A model generated the notes under the pieces. The model saw nothing but the letters and a program-made list of their open reading frames with translations, was not told the origin of the DNA and made no database searches. The position numbers and the translations under genes are program-made. Of a stretch of 38,216 bases of DNA, positions 27,199 through 35,880 are shown in pieces; positions within the stretch are counted from its first letter, which is position 1, and each line of letters starts with the position of its first letter. The stretch lies in assembly GCA_918234285.1 (NCBI GenBank), contig CAKJXZ020000007.1, positions 1-38,216 on the forward strand. Reading direction: 5' to 3'. This DNA is from Pseudomonadota bacterium (GTDB lineage Bacteria; Pseudomonadota; Alphaproteobacteria; RF32; CAG-239).

Positions 27199-27816
27199 AT
27201 GGATATAAAAGAAAAACTTGCGAGATTTAAGCTACATCTTAACTCTTGCGCTCTTACCGAGAGCGAAAAAGAAAATTATCTGAACATCGAGCGCAAGATT
27301 CTCGATTCGGAACAGTTACCGGTATCGCAACTGCTGGAACGAGCCCGACGTATCAAACCTCTGGTGCGCGTACAGGCCGGCGATCTTTCTGCCCGCAAAA
27401 AAACCTCCGGTGAGTTCAGTGACACCGATTTGCTGTGTTTTTGCACCCCGTGCGACATTCGCAGGCGAAGTTATCTCTACGACTTCACTCCGAAAAAAAT
27501 CGTCAGATGCAAAGGCAGACCGCTACAGGTTCCCCCGCGTGAAAAAGTCGGCGAGTTTACCTGCTACCACGACACCGGTTCCTTCTATGGTATCCTGATG
27601 CCGAGCGTAGACGAGGTATTGCAGCAAATTCCGAGCGAAATCGATTGGCTTGAGGTTGATGCGTTTGAGCTCACGTTCCCCTCCATGAACTTCCGCGAAG
27701 TTTATGACGGAGTGCTGGACCGCCATGTTTCAAACGTCATCCTCTATCGCTTTCCCAACCGTTTGTCGTCAAGACTGCGCGGTCAAGATGTGATTTTTGA
27801 AGGCAGACGCTACTAA
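27199..27816 (+). CDS. Hypothetical protein
   Basis: 205-aa ORF downstream of a consensus promoter; motif TCYHDTGSFYGILMPSVDEVLQQIP. Confidence 0.8.
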   Translation: MDIKEKLARFKLHLNSCALTESEKENYLNIERKILDSEQLPVSQLLERARRIKPLVRVQAGDLSARKKTSGEFSDTDLLCFCTPCDIRRRSYLYDFTPKKIVRCKGRPLQVPPREKVGEFTCYHDTGSFYGILMPSVDEVLQQIPSEIDWLEVDAFELTFPSMNFREVYDGVLDRHVSNVILYRFPNRLSSRLRGQDVIFEGRRY

Positions 27817-27828
27817 AATCCGTCGGTT

Positions 27829-28134
27829 ATGGCAGATATCAAAGCAATCGCCGAAAAACTCGTCTTTATTGCCGACGACGCTTTGCAAGAGATTGTACAA
27901 ATGCTCCGTGACGAGTACGGTATTGATGTTATTACTCTCATCTTTGATGAGAAAAACGAGAAAAACATCTCCGCCGAAAATTTTAAAAGCGAAGTTCTCC
28001 GCCTGAAAGACCAAGCGCAGAAACAGCATGTCATGGTTGAAAAAGCGCAAGCCGATGCCAGAAGCAAACCCTATGCGCCGCGCAAAATCGGAAATCCGCG
28101 CGGATTTCCTCCCAATATGCGTCGCCGCAAATAA
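27829..28134 (+). CDS. Hypothetical protein with a basic C-terminus
   Basis: 101-aa ORF 12 nt after the previous stop, ending at a terminator. Confidence 0.7.
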   Translation: MADIKAIAEKLVFIADDALQEIVQMLRDEYGIDVITLIFDEKNEKNISAENFKSEVLRLKDQAQKQHVMVEKAQADARSKPYAPRKIGNPRGFPPNMRRRK

Positions 28135-28172
28135 AGAAAAAGCCGTCTTAAACCGACGGCTTTTTCTTTATT
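28130..28172. terminator. Bidirectional intrinsic terminator containing both stop codons
   Basis: Perfect 18-bp inverted repeat AATAAAGAAAAAGCCGTC-ttaaacc-GACGGCTTTTTCTTTATT. Confidence 0.92.
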
Positions 28173-28527
28173 CATATTCCTTGGCATATTTATCAAGGAG
28201 TGTGCCGTCATCCGGCCCCCACCCCATAATATACTGTTTACCGAAGCAAATCAGCGGCGTACCGGCAATCTGTCCGATACCATAACTTCTGACGGCTTGC
28301 TCAAACAAACGCCGATTCCCTGGCATTTTTATATCCAACGGCTTTATCCGCAAATTCGGGTGATTGGCCTTGATATAATCTGCCGCTTCATGACAATGTG
28401 AACAGGTTTCCTGATAGAAAAAATACACTTCATCTTTGCTCAAAGAGGCAACATCATCTCCCCTGCCGCACGCAGTCAACAACAGCGCACCGCACGTCAG
28501 CATACAAACAAAAATCTTACGCCACAT
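28168..28527 (-). CDS. Glutaredoxin/thioredoxin-fold lipoprotein
   Basis: Lipobox LLTAC, CSHC active site, GTP cis-Pro motif, YIMGW. Confidence 0.85.
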   Translation of the reverse strand: MWRKIFVCMLTCGALLLTACGRGDDVASLSKDEVYFFYQETCSHCHEAADYIKANHPNLRIKPLDIKMPGNRRLFEQAVRSYGIGQIAGTPLICFGKQYIMGWGPDDGTLLDKYAKEYE

Positions 28528-28532
28528 TTTTA

Positions 28533-29144
28533 TTACTCAATACAACAATTAACGGCTTTACGTACCAAATTTTTCATCTTAGCTAAAGCGCCGCCGCTTT
28601 CCGCAACCGGTTCAGGTTCCGCAGCCGCTGCCGGAGCCGATTCGCTGACCGCAACATCTTTCAATGTTTCATTAGCCTTAGCTGTAATCTTTTTCAGTTC
28701 CTCCACTTCCGGCTCAACCCATTTCAGATTTTTGGTTTCAATCATGCCCATATTCAAACCCCAAAACAGGCAATACATATCATAAGCGGAATTGAACAAC
28801 TTATAAGCTTCTTCATCTCTGCCGAGTGATTGTTGCTTGGTGCCGACCTCCATCAAACGCATTGAAGTTGCCAGCAGGTGCTTAGAAATACACCAAACTT
28901 CACCCTCATAACTCGGAATGATTTTTTGCAACAGGTTTTTGCGCGTTTCTCTGATATCTTTAATCAGGTCATAATACGAATTTTTGCCGGTTTTGGCGCC
29001 GGAAAACACTAAATGTTCCTCAATTGAAATCAGATTCATAATCGCGATACTCAAATCCTGATCCGAAGACAAATCTTTCGGATTCATCTTTTTGGAAGCA
29101 TCAATTCTTTCAACAAATTCTTTAACATTTTCTGCTTTTTTCAT
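28533..29144 (-). CDS. Hypothetical protein with a WCISKH motif and C-terminal CCIE
   Basis: AAGGAG SD before ATG 29144; motifs NLISIEEH and EVWCISKHLL; terminal vicinal Cys. Confidence 0.85.
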   Translation of the reverse strand: MKKAENVKEFVERIDASKKMNPKDLSSDQDLSIAIMNLISIEEHLVFSGAKTGKNSYYDLIKDIRETRKNLLQKIIPSYEGEVWCISKHLLATSMRLMEVGTKQQSLGRDEEAYKLFNSAYDMYCLFWGLNMGMIETKNLKWVEPEVEELKKITAKANETLKDVAVSESAPAAAAEPEPVAESGGALAKMKNLVRKAVNCCIE

Positions 29145-29174
29145 TAATCTGCTCCTTATGATTATTATGCCCAA

Positions 29175-29203
29175 AAGATAATGATTCTATCACCGATTGT
29201 CAA
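29175..29203 (-). promoter_or_regulatory. Putative sigma70 promoter for the CCIE/glutaredoxin pair
   Basis: Minus strand TTGACA-17 nt-TATCTT. Confidence 0.6.
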
Positions 29204-29334
29204 GTAAATAGTAACATCGGTGCAATCATAAAAACTTTTTGCACTCCGGCGGCCTTTGTCGTAAATCCCCGCCGCCTTAAAATTATTATTGATTTTTCAG
29301 CGGCTTTTTTTTACATTGATAGCGGAGAAAGATT

Positions 29335-29733
29335 ATGAACATTTTATCATCAATACCGTTTTTATCTGCCGGCGGCACCATTTTAGGTTCATCGATATCT
29401 TTGCTGACCACCGCCGCTATTTTTGCCGGATGGGCGCTTATTTTGTTGGTTTTGCACCCGTTGCATGCCACGCTTTTTATTCTTGCGGCCTTGTTTGAAT
29501 ATGCTTTGATATCGTTCTTCGGCTTTCATCTCTGGTTTAATTTTTTCAGCTTTTTTATATGCTATATTTTGCTGTTTGTGATTTACACTCTGTTTTTGCG
29601 TAAACTGTTACCGTTGCCGCAAAGCGATGTTGAGCGGCTGATTAAACTGAGCGAACTCAAAAAAGAAAATCTCTTAACCGACGAAGAATATACCGCTGCC
29701 AAAAAACGCCTGCTTAAACTGCGCCATCATTAA
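29335..29733 (+). CDS. Membrane protein with a C-terminal SHOCT domain
   Basis: Hydrophobic helices, then ERLIKLSELKKENLLTDEEYTAAKKRLL; GGAG SD. Confidence 0.88.
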   Translation: MNILSSIPFLSAGGTILGSSISLLTTAAIFAGWALILLVLHPLHATLFILAALFEYALISFFGFHLWFNFFSFFICYILLFVIYTLFLRKLLPLPQSDVERLIKLSELKKENLLTDEEYTAAKKRLLKLRHH

Positions 29734-30383
29734 TCATCGGATATTGTCGAATCAATCCACAGCGAATTCATAAAAGCTCTCTGTTGATCATGCACCACAT
29801 CGCATGAAATTGTGCCTTCTATATCGCTCAGACATTGTACTCCGATATCGGCTCTTTCATAATTGCCGTATTTAGAGTATATATCCAAAATCTTCGGCAA
29901 CATTTCCTCCGTATCTTCCACCGCATCGGCGCAGAAAGAAGAATCATAACTCAGATGCGAAGTATTTTTACGCCCTATTTTCAGCGTAAAACAGGTCTTA
30001 TCTTTATCCACCTTCACATTGGCATTACCCGAATAATCCAGAGTGCTGCCGTCGGTAGCATCGGTAAACAACGGCGCATCGTTTTCCGTATTGTTGTAGG
30101 TGGTATTGATGTAGGTACCGCCGTCAGCATAAAACGTTTCTACGTCAAAAATTGCAATAAAGTCGGCATTTTCGGCCGAGGTAGCCGTCTGCATCCCGAT
30201 TTCACCGAATTTTTTACCCAAAACACGCCGAATTTGTGCCGCATACGTACTGCGCATATTGCTTCTGAAATAAATGCTTTGCCCGTGTTCGTTGCCCATG
30301 GCACTGTTTACTTTCAAGCGATACGGACTCTGCGCGCAGGCCGCCAACAACATACTTAAACCGATTAATAAAACTTTTTTCAT
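29730..30383 (-). CDS. Lipoprotein (possible DUF4136-like)
   Basis: MKKVLL..LLAAC lipobox, GAGG SD before ATG 30383; ENADFIAIFD motif. Family call is tentative. Confidence 0.75.
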   Translation of the reverse strand: MKKVLLIGLSMLLAACAQSPYRLKVNSAMGNEHGQSIYFRSNMRSTYAAQIRRVLGKKFGEIGMQTATSAENADFIAIFDVETFYADGGTYINTTYNNTENDAPLFTDATDGSTLDYSGNANVKVDKDKTCFTLKIGRKNTSHLSYDSSFCADAVEDTEEMLPKILDIYSKYGNYERADIGVQCLSDIEGTISCDVVHDQQRAFMNSLWIDSTISDD

Positions 30384-30493
30384 TTTTTTCGCCTCTAAAA
30401 TATTTATACCCAATATATAGCGCGTTATTTTTAATTTTTTATTGATAAACCGCAAAAAATATGTATGTTTGTACACATCAAAAGAAAACGGCC

Positions 30494-31963
30494 ATGAATA
30501 AACGCGGAAAAATAGATATTTTTGCCTTAACCGACTGCCATCAGGAAGCCAGAAAACTCGGCTGTCTGCTCAGCGGTATTATGTGCCGCGCGCCGCAAAA
30601 CGGCAAAAACACCCTTATTTGCGACGGCGGTGATTTATTCAAGGGAATTTACGACCGCAAATTGTGCATTTCGGAATATCTTTTATTGCGACAGCAACTG
30701 CCTGAGGCCAAAATTGTATTGGCACTCGGCAACAACGATTTCGGTTTTGACAGCAAAGATATCGAATTTTTACGGCAAACAGCCGACAGCTTCAATCAAG
30801 CCGATATTCACTTTTTGTGCGCGAATCTGAAAGATACCGCAACCGGAGAGTGTCCGGAGTGGGTAAATCCTTACATCTTGCTTGAAATCTGCGGCAAAAA
30901 AATTATGGTTACCGCTTTTTGCATCAACTATATCCGCTTGCAAAAATATAACCTGCGCTTGGATAATATTGCCGAAACTTTCGTTTCCATGATTGATACC
31001 ATCAAGCGAATCAATCCCGACGCGCTGGTCATTCTCAACCATGCCCTGCGCAACAGCAGCGAAAATTTGTGGAATCTCGCCGTACAAAACAATTTGCGGG
31101 TTGATTTAATCATCGGCGGACACGAACATTCTCCGGTAGAACCTATACCGGAACAAAAAACTTATTATCCGGCCGCATTCAGCCGCAATATGTTGCATTT
31201 CGAAATGTCTTTTATCAAACCTGAACCTGATATTGAATTGCTTGAAACAATCAGCAGCCGGAGCGAACCTCTTAACCGATTGTTTGAACCGATGCTCGAT
31301 TCGTACGAAGAATCCAGCGGCTTAAATATTCCGGTTGCTCCAAGCATCTTGGACTTGCCGCGTTCTTATTCTGATTTTTGTTCCATCGGCTCATTTACCG
31401 CCGATCAAATGCGCTCGGCCGCCAAAGCCGATTTGGCTTTACTCTCCACCGGTTATCTGACACATTCTCTGCGCTATGAAAAAGATAAAATTCTGACCGT
31501 ATACAATCTGGAGCGTGTTTTTTCGGCGCCAACCCCGGTACAAACCGTGCTCTTATCTCCGAAAATTATCAAAGAAATATTCAACAATGCCGTGCATAAC
31601 CGCTACATTCAGCGCTATGGCAATACCCGCTTTTTACAGTGTTCGCAAAACGTGTGTCTTGTCTGTGGTAAAAACTCCGACGGCTTCGGTGAAGTCAAAC
31701 AAATAACTATCAACAACGTACCGCTCTTGGATGATGACGGTAATCCGTTGCACCCTGAAGATGAGTACCTCTGCGCACTCGATCCGTTCATCGGCGCCGG
31801 CGAAATCGGCTATGATATGTTGCGACCGCTCGCCAAAGAAACGCTTATGAAAAATAATCGATTGATACGTATAAAAGATTTAATCTATGCGGCCGTCAAA
31901 GAAGCTGAACACAAATATCCGGCAGGTACCGTATACCCTGCAGCACACCTGATTGACCTGTAA
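30494..31963 (+). CDS. Metallophosphoesterase/5'-nucleotidase (UshA-like, no signal peptide)
   Basis: TDCH, DGGDLF, LGNNDF, LCANL, ILNH and IIGGHEH motifs, plus a C-terminal 5'-nucleotidase domain (IGSFTADQMR). Confidence 0.85.
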   Translation: MNKRGKIDIFALTDCHQEARKLGCLLSGIMCRAPQNGKNTLICDGGDLFKGIYDRKLCISEYLLLRQQLPEAKIVLALGNNDFGFDSKDIEFLRQTADSFNQADIHFLCANLKDTATGECPEWVNPYILLEICGKKIMVTAFCINYIRLQKYNLRLDNIAETFVSMIDTIKRINPDALVILNHALRNSSENLWNLAVQNNLRVDLIIGGHEHSPVEPIPEQKTYYPAAFSRNMLHFEMSFIKPEPDIELLETISSRSEPLNRLFEPMLDSYEESSGLNIPVAPSILDLPRSYSDFCSIGSFTADQMRSAAKADLALLSTGYLTHSLRYEKDKILTVYNLERVFSAPTPVQTVLLSPKIIKEIFNNAVHNRYIQRYGNTRFLQCSQNVCLVCGKNSDGFGEVKQITINNVPLLDDDGNPLHPEDEYLCALDPFIGAGEIGYDMLRPLAKETLMKNNRLIRIKDLIYAAVKEAEHKYPAGTVYPAAHLIDL

Positions 31964-31970
31964 AAATGCA

Positions 31971-32801
31971 TTAATTAAACAGCGTACGATATAAAATAGC
32001 CGAATGTTTCAGCAAACCTAGTTTCGGCTTCGGTGATATAATTTCCCAACCGCGACGTTTCATAATATCAAACATTCCTCGAGCATTATTCATAATCAAC
32101 CGCAGCGACAGTGTATCGGTCTTGTTCATCTTAGAAAGCAGGCGCTCGGCCTTATTAAATCCGCTTTCGGCAATCTTTGCCAATTCACTGCGGGCATACA
32201 TCAAATTTTTATCTTCCGTAATGTTCCGCGGCAAGTTTCCCTGCACTCCGGCTTTCTGCAAGAGTTCTGCCGGCAGATACACCCGGTTGCGCTTGGCATC
32301 ACTTTTAACCGAACGCAAGATATAAGTTATCATCACCGCCTGTCCCAGCGACTTAGCCAATTCCTGATTGGCGCTCGGATGTCCCGAATTCAGCACGGCC
32401 AAAGCCAAACTCAGCGGCATAATCGACACGCCGGAAATATATGCGTCAAATTCTTCCTGCGTCGGAGCCGTACCGTTATTTTCCGCATCCCACGATGCCG
32501 CATCCAAAATACTCAGCCACGCCGATTTCGGTAAATCAAAACGAATGCAATTCTTATATATTTTGCGGCCGATATTGGTAACCGGAACTTTTTTATCATA
32601 AATATTATCCAGCTCCTCGCGCCAGGTTTTCAAAATATCCCGTTTCTCGGCAATATCCATATCCGAAAGCAAAATTCCGTTTAAATGACGGCAAAAAGCA
32701 AACACCGTAAACACCGCCTCGCGCTGTGCCTTGCTGATCCCCAGCATGCACCAAAACAGCGACGGTTGCGAACGTTTAACCATATCTCCCAGCGACAGCA
32801 T
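31971..32801 (-). CDS. HpnD/phytoene synthase-like protein with degenerate Asp motifs
   Basis: Retains REAVFTVFAFCR, W..EL..IY and RVYLP; DDxxD is replaced by NGILL and NILRDxxED by YILRSVKSD. Confidence 0.8.
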   Translation of the reverse strand: MLSLGDMVKRSQPSLFWCMLGISKAQREAVFTVFAFCRHLNGILLSDMDIAEKRDILKTWREELDNIYDKKVPVTNIGRKIYKNCIRFDLPKSAWLSILDAASWDAENNGTAPTQEEFDAYISGVSIMPLSLALAVLNSGHPSANQELAKSLGQAVMITYILRSVKSDAKRNRVYLPAELLQKAGVQGNLPRNITEDKNLMYARSELAKIAESGFNKAERLLSKMNKTDTLSLRLIMNNARGMFDIMKRRGWEIISPKPKLGLLKHSAILYRTLFN

Positions 32802-33521
32802 TTAAACTCCTTTTGTTTGTGTAGTGCGCTTTCTTATCGTCATAAACTGATAGCAACTGTACAAAAAAATCTTTATTCGGTCAAGCCCTTCCGGCCGCGG
32901 CTGTTTATTATTCTGCAATTTATCGGTCATCATTGCCAACGTATTAAGCTCTTTTGCCAATTTGAATTTCAGTTTTTTTGCTTTTACCACGGCCAATATC
33001 ACAAAGGCATTTTTTAATAAACCGCGCAACTTCCCGAACCAAAAGCGCCGCGTTTTCTTAACCTTGGATAACAATTCCGATTTATGTTCCAACTCACCCA
33101 GCAACCAGCGCGCCGTCAATAGCGACGTCATCGGCAGATAAGTACTCGGATTCTCATCGCTCAGCACCATCATCATCCGCGCTGCCGGCGACACCAGACG
33201 TCCCATAATTTCCGAAACTCTGGCCTCCGTTTCCGTTTTTCCGATAGCCGCCGCCCACTGCCAAGCTTGCAGCGGTTCAAGCAACAAATAAAGCGATAAA
33301 TTTTCGGCCACAAATGCCCTCTGCAAACGCCCCAACAAGGTATCTTTAAGCGGAAAATCCTTACGTATCGCCCGTTCCAACAGCTTAATTTGCTCAGATT
33401 TGACCGCAGCCGATTCGTCGTTATTAAAAAAATGCTCCCACCCGAGTTGCAAATAACGGCAGTAATCGTGCCATAAAGGACGATATTGCGGCTTCAGTAT
33501 TTTATCAAAATTTTCAAACAT
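32802..33521 (-). CDS. Highly degenerate HpnC/squalene synthase-like protein
   Basis: MFENF start (HpnC-type ENF) overlapping the trmFO stop; lies directly upstream of the hpnD-like gene; YCRYLQLGWEH where FARxADDxAD is expected. Confidence 0.6.
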   Translation of the reverse strand: MFENFDKILKPQYRPLWHDYCRYLQLGWEHFFNNDESAAVKSEQIKLLERAIRKDFPLKDTLLGRLQRAFVAENLSLYLLLEPLQAWQWAAAIGKTETEARVSEIMGRLVSPAARMMMVLSDENPSTYLPMTSLLTARWLLGELEHKSELLSKVKKTRRFWFGKLRGLLKNAFVILAVVKAKKLKFKLAKELNTLAMMTDKLQNNKQPRPEGLDRIKIFLYSCYQFMTIRKRTTQTKGV

Positions 33522-34860
33522 TGATTTGCGCCTGCCACGCGGCAAAATCATCCAACGCACGGCGGCAATAAGCCTCTTTGCGGTCCGCGCCTTTGATTTT
33601 GCGGAATTTTCCGTTTGCGGTAATCTCACCTTGTATCGTCGGGAAAATGCCGAAGTTAATATTCATCGGCTGATATTCCGCCGTCGTATCGCACAAATGT
33701 TCCAACATTGCACCGCTGGCTGTGGTTTTCGGCGGCCTTATCGGTGTTATGCTCTGCAATAAACACGCCGCAAAATAGCCGGCACACATTCCGACATCAG
33801 CACTTTCCACATACCCTTCGCAACCGCTGATTTGACCGGCAAACATCACATTCGGTTGTGCTTTAAGCCGCAAAAATTCATCCAGCAAAATCGGAGAATT
33901 TATGAACGTATTTTTATGAATCCCGCCCAAACGGGCAAACTCGGCCTTTTCCAATCCCGGAATCATCCTAAAAATTCTTTCCTGCTCTCCGTGTTTCAAC
34001 TTGGTTTGAAAACCGACGATATTACGCAACGTATCTTCTTTGTTATCTTGCCGCAACTGCACCACCGCATAAGGCTTTTCCGCGCTGTGCGGATTCGTAA
34101 GTCCAACCGGTTTCATCGGCCCGAATAAAAGCGTATCCTTTCCGCGTTCCGCCATAACTTCAATCGGCAGACAACCGTCAAAATAGTGCGGTTCCTCAAA
34201 ATCATGGAACGGCATTTTTTCCGCCGCCAAAATTGCCTCAACAAAATTATAATATTCTTCTTTATTCATCGGGCAATTGATATAATCAAACTTATCGCCC
34301 TTGTCGTAGCGCGATTGATACCACGCTTTATCAAAATCAATGCTTTCCTTATACACAACCGGCGCAATCGCATCATAAAACGATAGCGAGCGATTATTGA
34401 TTTTTTGCAAAATCGCCGCCGTAAAATCCGGACTTGTCAGCGGACCGGTGGCAATAATCGTCAGCGGGGCATTTTCTGCCGGAAATTCGGTAATTTCTCC
34501 CTCGATAATTTCGATATTCGGGTGTTGCCGCAAAGTAACGGTAATCATCTCCGCAAAACGTTCGCGATCAACCGCTAACGCGCCTCCGGCCGGAACTTTA
34601 CACTCATCGGCACAACGCATAACGAGCGAACCGAAGCGGCGCATTTCTTCATGCATCAAACCGACTGCATTGTGCTCATAATCGTCTGAACGCAACGAAT
34701 TGGAGCATACCAGTTCCCCAAAATGTGAATTTTTATGCGCCGGCGAAAATTTCTGCGGTTTCATTTCGAAAAGTTTTACGCTTATACCTCGTTCGGCCGC
34801 CTGCCAAGCCGCCTCGGAACCTGCCAGACCGGCACCGATAATATGCAAAGTTTTATTCAT
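33514..34860 (-). CDS. trmFO: Folate/FAD-dependent tRNA m5U54 methyltransferase TrmFO
   Basis: IIGAGLAGSEAAWQ, ELVCSNS, GGALAVDR, FAGQISGCEGYVES, YQPMNINFG. Confidence 0.97.
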   Translation of the reverse strand: MNKTLHIIGAGLAGSEAAWQAAERGISVKLFEMKPQKFSPAHKNSHFGELVCSNSLRSDDYEHNAVGLMHEEMRRFGSLVMRCADECKVPAGGALAVDRERFAEMITVTLRQHPNIEIIEGEITEFPAENAPLTIIATGPLTSPDFTAAILQKINNRSLSFYDAIAPVVYKESIDFDKAWYQSRYDKGDKFDYINCPMNKEEYYNFVEAILAAEKMPFHDFEEPHYFDGCLPIEVMAERGKDTLLFGPMKPVGLTNPHSAEKPYAVVQLRQDNKEDTLRNIVGFQTKLKHGEQERIFRMIPGLEKAEFARLGGIHKNTFINSPILLDEFLRLKAQPNVMFAGQISGCEGYVESADVGMCAGYFAACLLQSITPIRPPKTTASGAMLEHLCDTTAEYQPMNINFGIFPTIQGEITANGKFRKIKGADRKEAYCRRALDDFAAWQAQINV

Positions 34861-34897
34861 GCTTTCCTCTTATTATTATGCCTAATTTATATACATT

Positions 34898-34935
34898 TTA
34901 AGCAGTTGTAAACAACAAAATTAAGTCTTTTTTAA
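34898..34935. promoter_or_regulatory. Tandem CtrA-type boxes upstream of the hypothetical-chpT operon
   Basis: Exact TTAA-gtctttt-TTAA at 34921-34935 and near match TTAA-gcagttg-TAAAC at 34898-34913. Confidence 0.55.
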
Positions 34936-34980
34936 ATCAAAACATATATAATCATCGCAAACAGCAAAGCGGAAACTAAT

Positions 34981-35871
34981 ATGAATCGTAAAACATTTTT
35001 TATATTGGCTTTATTATACGGAGTGTGTTTCGGCAGCATCGCACGCGCCGATAAGTCTACTTCCGACTCGACCGATCTTGCCGATTTTATGGATCAGGAA
35101 AATGACTCTGCCCCATCCCAATTGCAGCAGAAACAAGAAGACAAAACAGCGACCACTGAAAAACAAGAACCAAAAGCAGAGGGATTCGGTGATAAGATTG
35201 TCAACGTTCTGAAAGGGACTACCAAAAAAGTTTTCCCTTCAGATACAACAGAGGTTGTGCCGGTAAAACGTTCCAATGCTTCGGTATTTGATATTGCCGG
35301 AGTTATGTTGCACATGAATCGCCAACAAGCGGAAGACGCTATCAGCAAACACGGATACCGCCGTATCAGTGCCGATTTGAGGATTCCTAATTTTATACGT
35401 TGGCGCTATGAAGAAATGTGCCGCAATAAAAACGTTACCGGTTATGAACGCATAAACAGCTGCGTTGTCAAACTGGCGCAAAAGAATAATTATCAGTACG
35501 TCGAACGTCTTACGTTCAACAATTTTCAAACCAAGGAAATAGTTCGCGTCAAATTTACCAGTAACTTTACCGGCAATAAAGCTTATGTAATCGAATATAA
35601 ATCCATAGCTGCAGACGTCAAGGGCAGCGGTGCCAAGGCAAAATATCTGCGCAATATAAAAATTCTTGAGTTCTGGAAGAAAATCAGCCAGAAATACGGC
35701 GCTCCCGATAACAAGGAACAAGTAACCTGGGGACTCGGTTTCAATAAGCCGAGCTTGCACGCCGAAACCGGATACCTGATTTTACAGGACCCTATTTTGT
35801 TGAATTTGGATCATGCCAGAATGGCTCGTGAAGATCAAAAATTTATTCACTCGGCTGTTTATACTTTTTAG
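34981..35871 (+). CDS. Secreted hypothetical protein upstream of chpT
   Basis: Signal peptide ending ARA; 296 aa; 9 nt from the chpT start. Confidence 0.8.
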   Translation: MNRKTFFILALLYGVCFGSIARADKSTSDSTDLADFMDQENDSAPSQLQQKQEDKTATTEKQEPKAEGFGDKIVNVLKGTTKKVFPSDTTEVVPVKRSNASVFDIAGVMLHMNRQQAEDAISKHGYRRISADLRIPNFIRWRYEEMCRNKNVTGYERINSCVVKLAQKNNYQYVERLTFNNFQTKEIVRVKFTSNFTGNKAYVIEYKSIAADVKGSGAKAKYLRNIKILEFWKKISQKYGAPDNKEQVTWGLGFNKPSLHAETGYLILQDPILLNLDHARMAREDQKFIHSAVYTF

Positions 35872-35880
35872 GAGCTGAAA

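Noticed and set aside
29220-29276. Short inverted repeats GTGCAA-N13-TTGCAC and GGCGG...CCGCC
   Set aside because: Stems of only 5-6 bp with long loops, no U-tract and no second copy seen; too weak to call.
31971-33521. Functional carotenoid or hopanoid biosynthetic cluster
   Set aside because: Catalytic Asp motifs are missing and there is no hpnE, shc or crtI nearby.
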